A stretch of 64,000 nt of DNA from an uncultured Sulfitobacter sp. (lineage in GTDB: Bacteria; Pseudomonadota; Alphaproteobacteria; Rhodobacterales; Rhodobacteraceae), in assembly GCA_963422245.2 (NCBI GenBank), contig CAXMWW010000032.1:181500-245499 (forward strand), written 5' to 3'. Below the pieces are notes generated by a model. That model did not search any database, was not told the DNA's origin, and saw only the letters and a program-made list of their open reading frames with translations. Position numbers and translations under genes: made by a program. Numbering within the stretch: the stretch's first letter is position 1; each line of letters starts with the position of its first letter. Shown here one piece after another: positions 57,645 through 64,000 of the stretch.

Positions 57645-58313
57645 TCAAAGAAAGTGCAGCCGGTTCTTCTTGATCAGGTCCACGAGCACGTCTTTTGCAT
57701 GCTGGCGGTGCGCTCTGTGAGACTGGCGCGCGGTTTCGGCGTCGCCCTTGCGGATCGCCTGATAGACCTGGCGGTGGTCCTTGTTCGATTTGACGGGCAG
57801 GGGGCGGATGAACAGCGTCATCGTGCGCGCGCGGCGCACCTGATCGTTCATCATGGTAACGATGGCCTCAATCCGGCTGTTGCCGCCCAACCTTACAAGT
57901 TCGCGGTGAAAGCGGTCGTCTGCTTCTGCCCAGGCATCAAGGTCCGATGTCTCGATGGCCGCGTCCATGTCGTCAATTGCCCGGGCGAGAATTGACAGCG
58001 CCTCGACATCATATCCTGCGGACGCCGCCTGTTCTGCGGCGTGGCTCTCTAACTCCGTCAACACATCGTAAATCTCTGCCATATCCTCCGGAGAGACCGG
58101 CAATATCCGCACGCCTTTGCGGGGGCGCATTTCCAGCAGGCCTTGCCCTTCGAGGGTCAGCACCGCCTCACGGACAGGGGTGCGGGACATCGACAGCAGG
58201 TCCGCCAGTTCTGACTCAAGATGGTCAGACCCCGCAGCAAGTTCGCCTGAGAATATGCGGTCGCGCAATTCGTGGATGGCACGCTGGGAGCTTGAAAGGG
58301 CTTTGTCGGACAT
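57645..58313 (-). CDS. GntR (FadR subfamily) regulator
   Basis: Start MSDKAL; LSMSRTPVREA HTH, DDRFHREL, H residues of FCD domain. Confidence 0.88.
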   Translation of the reverse strand: MSDKALSSSQRAIHELRDRIFSGELAAGSDHLESELADLLSMSRTPVREAVLTLEGQGLLEMRPRKGVRILPVSPEDMAEIYDVLTELESHAAEQAASAGYDVEALSILARAIDDMDAAIETSDLDAWAEADDRFHRELVRLGGNSRIEAIVTMMNDQVRRARTMTLFIRPLPVKSNKDHRQVYQAIRKGDAETARQSHRAHRQHAKDVLVDLIKKNRLHFL

Positions 58314-58317
58314 ACCG

Positions 58318-59346
58318 TCAATGATCCTGAAGGCTTTGCTTTCTTCCGGTCTTGTCTGACAAGTAAATGGCGGCTTCGATACGTTCAACTGTAAGATAGT
58401 CTTTCGCCAGGTTTTCAAGCGGCGTGCCGTCAAGGATGCCCGCAACCACATGCGCTTGCAGCGCGTGAACACAATCGCCCCCAAAGCCTGCCCAGGTGTC
58501 TGGTGGCAGCAGCGTTTGCTCTTTGGTTTGTCCAAATTTGCGCAGGCGCACGGCCCCGTCACCGCTCAAATTCAAAGTGCCTTCGGTTCCTTCAAAATGC
58601 GCTTCGCCCATGGTGCGGCGCAGGTTGTCTGCGGCGTGGTCAAGATGCCGGTTGCCGTCAAAGAGGGCGCGCGCACCGTTGGGGTGTTCAAACAGGATGT
58701 AGCCAGCATCCTCGCCCGCGATCACCGGGTTGATCTGGCGCAAATCGGCATAGACCGACAGCGGATCGCCCAGCAGATAGCGGAATGTGTCGACCCAGTG
58801 CACCGCCGTTTCATGTACCAGAAAACGCTTCAATTTCTGAAAGTAAGGCTGACGGGTCAAGTAAGCCTCCGGCCCCTGGCCATCGCCGGGGCGCATCCGG
58901 AAGGTGGCCTGATGGAGCGTTCCGATGTCCCCTCGCGCAAGCGCCTTTTTGATGGCGCGATACCAGGGTTGGAAGCGGAAGTTTTCGTGCACGATGATGG
59001 ACGTGCCAGCGGCTTCAGCTTCCCTTACGATGGCCTGGGCTTCAAGCAGATCCTGACAAAACGGCTTTTGGCAGATGATCCATTTCACACCTTGCGAAAG
59101 GGCGGTGCGAATGGCCTTTGCATGGGCGACGGGCGGCAGGATGATGTCGAGCACATCAGGCGCCTGTTCCGTCAGCATCTGCGTCAGATCAGCATAGGGC
59201 GCCAGCCCCTTGGCGCTCGCTTTGGCGATTTCACTGTCGCAAGACCCCACCAGCTGAACACGGGGCAAGCGGGCCCAGCTGCCGTAGTGGAACCGGCTGA
59301 AGTATCCCGCGCCAACGCAGGCCACTCTGAGGCAAGCGTTCGTCAT
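58318..59346 (-). CDS. Gfo/Idh/MocA family oxidoreductase
   Basis: GAGYFS, ICQKP, HENFRFQPW, HETAVH. Confidence 0.88.
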   Translation of the reverse strand: MTNACLRVACVGAGYFSRFHYGSWARLPRVQLVGSCDSEIAKASAKGLAPYADLTQMLTEQAPDVLDIILPPVAHAKAIRTALSQGVKWIICQKPFCQDLLEAQAIVREAEAAGTSIIVHENFRFQPWYRAIKKALARGDIGTLHQATFRMRPGDGQGPEAYLTRQPYFQKLKRFLVHETAVHWVDTFRYLLGDPLSVYADLRQINPVIAGEDAGYILFEHPNGARALFDGNRHLDHAADNLRRTMGEAHFEGTEGTLNLSGDGAVRLRKFGQTKEQTLLPPDTWAGFGGDCVHALQAHVVAGILDGTPLENLAKDYLTVERIEAAIYLSDKTGRKQSLQDH

Positions 59347-60434
59347 GCGACGGGCAAGGCTTCCAGCACGGCTTGGGCTGCTTGCGCTGTGCTTGCGGTT
59401 CCACCGATGTCGCGGGTCAGCACGTCTCCGCTTGCCAGAACCGCTTCGACCGCTTCGCGCAGCCGGGTGCCGTCCTGGATCATGGCCTGATTGCCGTGCT
59501 TGAGGCCGAGCCAGTCCAACATCATGGCAGCCGACAGGATCATGGCCATTGGGTTGGCCAACCCTTTGCCCGCAATGTCGGGTGCGGACCCATGGCAGGG
59601 CTGAAAGACCGCATGCTCAAGGCCAATGTCCGCAGAGGGGGCGAGGCCCAGCCCGCCCATCAGACCTGCACCGAGATCAGACAGAATGTCGCCGAACATG
59701 TTTTCCGTCACCAGCACATCGAAGTCCCATGGCTTTTGGACCATCCAGAGCGCGGTGGCATCGACGTAGGCATGATCAGCCCTCAGATCCGCGTGTTTTG
59801 CGGCCTCCGCATCAAAGAGGTCGCGGAAGAACGCAAAGGCGCGGAACACATTGGCCTTGTCGACGCATGTCACCCGGCCGGGCCCGCGCCCTGCGGTTTT
59901 GCGTGTCCGCGCCAGCTCAAACGCAAAGCGAAACAGCTTTTCTGAGATGTCGCGGGTGATCAACAGCGTCTCGCGCGCTTCATTTTCGGTAACCTCGCCG
60001 CAGCCTTGCGTGTGAAAAAGGCCCTCTGTGCTTTCGCGGATCAGGACAAAGTCGATCGCCCGCCCCGCGCGCAGGCGCAGCGGTGTCTGCTGGCCGGGCC
60101 GCACCGTGACAGGCCGCACGCCCGCAAAGAGGGTCAAGGCCTTGCGCAGGTCGATTTGTGGCGAGATTTCAGTGCCATCCGCATAGCGCACATTCGGAAG
60201 ACCCATGGCCGAAAGCAGGATCGCATCCGCATCGCGCGCCGTTTGCATGGATGTTTCAGGCAGCGATTCTCCGGTGACGGCATAGTATTCGGCACCCGCG
60301 GGGGCCTCGTGAAATTCAAGATCATAGGCGTCTGACCTCTCTGCCATTTGAGCAAGGATATCGACGGTGGGGGCCATGATTTCGGGACCAATCCCGTCAC
60401 CGTTGAACACTGCAATGTTAAAGGTCTTGGTCAT
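59343..60434 (-). CDS. Isocitrate/isopropylmalate/tartrate dehydrogenase family protein
   Basis: GDGIGPE, DKANV, ENMFGDILSD, HGSAPDIAGKGLANP. Confidence 0.9.
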   Translation of the reverse strand: MTKTFNIAVFNGDGIGPEIMAPTVDILAQMAERSDAYDLEFHEAPAGAEYYAVTGESLPETSMQTARDADAILLSAMGLPNVRYADGTEISPQIDLRKALTLFAGVRPVTVRPGQQTPLRLRAGRAIDFVLIRESTEGLFHTQGCGEVTENEARETLLITRDISEKLFRFAFELARTRKTAGRGPGRVTCVDKANVFRAFAFFRDLFDAEAAKHADLRADHAYVDATALWMVQKPWDFDVLVTENMFGDILSDLGAGLMGGLGLAPSADIGLEHAVFQPCHGSAPDIAGKGLANPMAMILSAAMMLDWLGLKHGNQAMIQDGTRLREAVEAVLASGDVLTRDIGGTASTAQAAQAVLEALPVA

Positions 60435-60561
60435 TCATTGGCCTCTTTTTGCGACAGAACGTCAGTCTTTCGGGGAACTTCATCGAACGAAGAAGTTGAC
60501 AGCGGATTTATTAATGCATACTCAAAAAAATGCAATAAAGAATCCATTGGGAGGACATCAA

Positions 60562-61569
60562 ATGGAATTTGGACTTGGAAAACTGGCCGCCACGGTCGCG
60601 CTTTCGGTAGGGATCGGGGGTGCGGCGATGGCGCAGGACTACCCGTTCCGTGACATCACAACAGCGGTGGTCTGGGGCGCGGGTGGCGGCACGGACAGCA
60701 TCAACCGGATGATCATGGCGGAAATGGAAAAGCACCTGCCGGTGTCCATCAACGTGATCAACCAGACCGGCGGCGTCGCAGGCTCCAACGGCATGGTTTA
60801 CGTTATGAACCAGCCGGACGATGGCTACACTCTGGTTGGCTTGTCCGAATCCAACGTGACCGCAGCGGTGCAGGGCGGCTGGGACAAGAAGTTCGACTAT
60901 TGGTATCCCTTCATCGTCGGCGGCTCGCCTGATCTTATTTCAGTGCCCGCAGACAGCCCCTACAACACCATTCAAGAGCTGGTCGATGCGGCCAAGGCAG
61001 CCCCCGGGACCATCCCCGCTGCGGCCTCCGGTGCCGGGTCGATCCACCACCTGAACCTGCTGGCCATTGAGAATGGCACGGGCGCGACCTTTAACTTCAT
61101 CCCCTACAAGGGCTCGGCCCCCGGTCAGGAAGCGGCCCTTGCGGGCGAGGTTGCTTTGGTTGTGACGTCACTTGCTGAACAGGCGGCGTTGATTGAGGGC
61201 GGTAAGCTCAAGCCGCTGGCGATGTTGACCCCGGAAACGGCGGAGATTGCGGGCATGACCGTGCCCTCGGCCTTCGACATCTATGACGGGCTCGACAAAT
61301 ATCTGCCGCTGAAACAGGCCATTGGCTTTGCCGTGCACAACAGCGCATCCGACGATGTGAAGGCCAAGCTGGGTACAGCTTTTGAGGCCGCAATTGCGTC
61401 TGATGTGGTGGCTGAGTGGGCTGCGGCGAACAACTATGACGTGGGCGGTCAATACGGTGCCGAGGCGCAGGCCATCTTCACCACGCTTGAAGCGAACTTT
61501 GCCTATACGCTCAAGGAACTTGGGGCGACCACCGTCGATCCCATGAGCCTGGGCATCGAAAAGCCCTGA
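60562..61569 (+). CDS. tctC: Tripartite tricarboxylate transporter substrate-binding protein
   Basis: Signal peptide, GAGGGTD, PDDGYTL, FIPYKG; GGAGG RBS. Confidence 0.88.
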   Translation: MEFGLGKLAATVALSVGIGGAAMAQDYPFRDITTAVVWGAGGGTDSINRMIMAEMEKHLPVSINVINQTGGVAGSNGMVYVMNQPDDGYTLVGLSESNVTAAVQGGWDKKFDYWYPFIVGGSPDLISVPADSPYNTIQELVDAAKAAPGTIPAAASGAGSIHHLNLLAIENGTGATFNFIPYKGSAPGQEAALAGEVALVVTSLAEQAALIEGGKLKPLAMLTPETAEIAGMTVPSAFDIYDGLDKYLPLKQAIGFAVHNSASDDVKAKLGTAFEAAIASDVVAEWAAANNYDVGGQYGAEAQAIFTTLEANFAYTLKELGATTVDPMSLGIEKP

Positions 61570-61583
61570 TCAAATTCAGGCCG

Positions 61584-61616
61584 CGTTCAGGTGCGCGAGA
61601 GTCGTGCGCCTGAACG
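61584..61616 (+). other. Intercistronic stem-loop after tctC
   Basis: CGTTCAGGTGCGCGA-GAG-TCGTGCGCCTGAACG, 15 bp stem with two G-T pairs. Confidence 0.55.
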
Positions 61617-61642
61617 ACATTCTTTTCAGCAGGTAAAGACCA

Positions 61643-62386
61643 ATGGACGCAGAAACCAAGACCCTGCGCGCCCGCGACTTCTGGGGCGCACTTGTGCTGA
61701 TGGGGCTGTCGCTGTTCTTTTTGTGGCGCACGTTCGACATCCCGCTCTGGGGCGGTAACCGCGCGGGCGTGAGCACGGCGGCGTGGTACAACTCCGCCGC
61801 CGTGGTACCGTTGGGCATCTTCTCTGCACTGTTCATTCTGTCGGTTGTCCTGCTGGTGATTGCCATCCGGGCAGGGGGCGGGCGGCAGGCACTGTCCGCC
61901 GCAGGCTTGGGCTGGAACGCGGAGGAGGCGCTGCGCTTTGCCACGCTGGGGGCGATCCTTTTCTTCTACATCGCGGGGCTGGTGCCACGGGTCGATTTTG
62001 TGATTGCGAGCGGTCTGTTGATCACGGCGCTGACGTTCGGGTTCTGCAAAGGGCAGCGGCAGCGCATGGTTCTTGCGGCAGCTTTTGTTGTGGTGCCGGG
62101 GGCCTATGCGTTGATGGCACACCTGCCGCAGTCAGAGTGGAACCTGCATGGTGATGACTGGCTGACGCTGGGCTTTTGGGCTGTGCTGACGCTGATCGTT
62201 CTGTTCAGGGCCAAAGGGGATCGGGTGCTGAGGGCCGTGCCCGTGGTCGCGGTCCTGGCCCCGGTGGTGCTGGTCTGTGCTATTGCCTTCGGGTTTCGCC
62301 AGAATGTGCCAAACCGGGGTGGGCTGATCTTCAAGCAGATCGAATACCACTACTTCGTCACGCTCCGCCCGCTTTGGAGGTCCTGA
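61643..62386 (+). CDS. TctB-like small membrane subunit (unusually long, 247 aa)
   Basis: Multi-TM protein between tctC and tctA. Confidence 0.7.
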   Translation: MDAETKTLRARDFWGALVLMGLSLFFLWRTFDIPLWGGNRAGVSTAAWYNSAAVVPLGIFSALFILSVVLLVIAIRAGGGRQALSAAGLGWNAEEALRFATLGAILFFYIAGLVPRVDFVIASGLLITALTFGFCKGQRQRMVLAAAFVVVPGAYALMAHLPQSEWNLHGDDWLTLGFWAVLTLIVLFRAKGDRVLRAVPVVAVLAPVVLVCAIAFGFRQNVPNRGGLIFKQIEYHYFVTLRPLWRS

Positions 62387-62387
62387 G

Positions 62388-63899
62388 GTGGAGTTCCTGC
62401 TGACCCAATTGGCTGGCTTTGGCGGCGCCTTCACGGCCCTTGTGATAGACCCGCTGACCTATGCCTATCTGATCGTCTCAGTCTTCCTTGGCATCACCTT
62501 TGGGGCCTTGCCGGGGCTTACGGCAACGCTGGCGGTCACGATCCTGACCGGTTTTTTTGGCAACAAGATACCGCTTGATTATTCACTCATTGCTTTACTG
62601 GGGGCTTACGTCGGTGCGATCTACGGGGGATCTTACCCGTCGATCTTGCTCAATATCCCTGGCACGGCGGCTAGTGCTGCCACCGCCATGGACGGCCATC
62701 CGCTGGCCAAGGCGGGCCGCGGGGGTGAGGCGCTGGGCCTGACCACGGCGGCCAGCTTCATCGGCACGCTGATTGGCACCATCGCCTTGTTGGTGTTTGT
62801 CTGGCTGCTGCTGCTTTTGTCCCAGAACATCGCCAGCCCGGAAAAGGCGCTGCTGGCGCTTTTCGGGATCCTCTTGTCGGGGACGCTGATGTCCGAAGAC
62901 TTGGTGGTCAAAGGCTGGATTGCGGGGCTCATTGGGCTGGCGATGGCCATGGTGGGGCTGGACCCCCTACTGAGCGAGCCGCGCTATACCTTTGGCTGGT
63001 CCTACATGTTGAGCGGTTTTCAGGTGGTGCCGGTGCTGATGGGGGCCTTTGCCGTGCCACAAATCATCGAAGGCATGCGGCACATGGAGTTGGGGCAGGT
63101 CGTAGCCATGAAGGGTCGCATCACGCCAAAACTTGCTGCGATACGGCGGTACTTGCCGACAATCTCCCGCTCTGGCGTGATCGGCACTGGCGTGGGGGCG
63201 CTGCCCGGCGTGGGCGAGGATGTGGCCGGCTGGGTGAGCTATGGCGTTGGCAAGACGGTCAGCAAGGAAGGGCATAAATTCGGCAAAGGCTCGCTTGAAG
63301 GGCTGCTTTCGTCCGAGACTGCCAACAACGCCTGCATTGGCGGCGCGCTGATCCCGCTGCTGGTGCTGGGCATTCCCGGCTCTCCCCCCGCCGCAGCTCT
63401 CATGGGGGCGTTCAAGCTCAACAACGTCATTCCCGGCCCTACCATCGATCCGGAGATCATCTTGCGGGTGGTCGCGATCATGGTGCTGGCTTCCTTCACG
63501 ATGCTGATCATGGGGCTTTTCACCGCGCGTATCTTCATCAAGATCCTGCGCATCCCGCAGGTTGTTTTCCTGCCTATCGTCATGGTTCTGACCACCATCG
63601 GGTCCTTCAGCGTGGGCGGGGGTATCAACGATCTTTATCTGATGCTGGGCGTGGGCTTTGCCGCCTATTTTATGAAGCTGATGAAATACCCGATTGCGCC
63701 CCTTGTGATTGGCGTGATCCTGGGCAGCCTTTTTGACGAAACCTTCCGGCGGTCGCTGCTGATTTCAGGCGGAGACCTTAGCGCATTTGTCTCACGACCC
63801 GTTGCCGCGATCCTGCTTGGGTTGAACATCGCGCTGGTTCTGAGCCAAATTCCAGTCATCAAACAGGTTTTTGCCAAGCTGCGCAGAAAGGGGGCCTGA
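62388..63899 (+). CDS. tctA: Tripartite tricarboxylate transporter large permease
   Basis: GALPGL, IYGGS..ILLNIPG, DGHPL, ETANNA, LVLGIPG. Confidence 0.92.
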   Translation: MEFLLTQLAGFGGAFTALVIDPLTYAYLIVSVFLGITFGALPGLTATLAVTILTGFFGNKIPLDYSLIALLGAYVGAIYGGSYPSILLNIPGTAASAATAMDGHPLAKAGRGGEALGLTTAASFIGTLIGTIALLVFVWLLLLLSQNIASPEKALLALFGILLSGTLMSEDLVVKGWIAGLIGLAMAMVGLDPLLSEPRYTFGWSYMLSGFQVVPVLMGAFAVPQIIEGMRHMELGQVVAMKGRITPKLAAIRRYLPTISRSGVIGTGVGALPGVGEDVAGWVSYGVGKTVSKEGHKFGKGSLEGLLSSETANNACIGGALIPLLVLGIPGSPPAAALMGAFKLNNVIPGPTIDPEIILRVVAIMVLASFTMLIMGLFTARIFIKILRIPQVVFLPIVMVLTTIGSFSVGGGINDLYLMLGVGFAAYFMKLMKYPIAPLVIGVILGSLFDETFRRSLLISGGDLSAFVSRPVAAILLGLNIALVLSQIPVIKQVFAKLRRKGA

Positions 63900-64000
63900 T
63901 GTTTGCGGTTGTTGTGACATTCCAGATAAAGTCCGGCGGGATGGAGGTGTTCTTTCCCTTGATGACAGAAAATGCGCGGGCCTCTTTGCGGGAAGAGCCG
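63899..64000 (+). CDS. Putative quinol monooxygenase (ABM domain), N-terminal part, runs off the window
   Basis: MFAVVVTFQIKSGGMEVFFPLMTENARASLREEP; ATG overlaps tctA stop. Confidence 0.75.
   Translation, partial: MFAVVVTFQIKSGGMEVFFPLMTENARASLREEP

Noticed and set aside
57461-57673. 70-aa ORF as a real gene
   Set aside because: No RBS, atypical codons, overlaps the GntR 3' end, no recognisable motif
59343-60434. Assigning leuB
   Set aside because: Context is catabolic, the catalytic Tyr is replaced and no leuCD genes are nearby

Overview
GC-rich alphaproteobacterial (Rhodobacteraceae/Roseobacter-like, inferred from gene content and style) chromosomal segment that is almost entirely accessory catabolism and transport, about 55 CDS. 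Left to right: polyamine-type ABC transporter; creatinase; ectoine-hydrolase-like (DoeA) and ArgE-like genes, each broken by one in-frame TAG; racemase/M24 pair; oxyR-katG; hydantoinase A/B operon; a methylated-amine block (GMC oxidoreductase, GFA, GcvT-type dehydrogenase, two non-pyrrolysine MttB, PhyH dioxygenase, class III ADH); BenE/TetR/IorAB/dihaem cytochrome; peptide-type ABC transporter with M20 and M81 hydrolases; two different sulfatases divergent from a 1066-aa self-sufficient B12 reductive dehalogenase, followed by pobA, an SDR and a 2,4'-dihydroxyacetophenone-dioxygenase-like cupin; a TetR/SDR/yellow-like module; and a GntR/oxidoreductase/TTT transporter locus. No rRNA, tRNA, CRISPR, transposase or integrase was recognised. 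Intergenic DNA carries several distinct short structured repeat families: GTAG/GTAA REPs, 38-40 bp near-perfect palindromes, a triple-hairpin element, a ~66 bp repeat and a 157 bp rod-like inverted repeat. The best candidate for an undescribed system is the sulfatase-dehalogenase-hydroxybenzoate locus (possibly catabolism of sulfated bromophenols). All product calls come from motif recognition and memory of the families; no database search was run.
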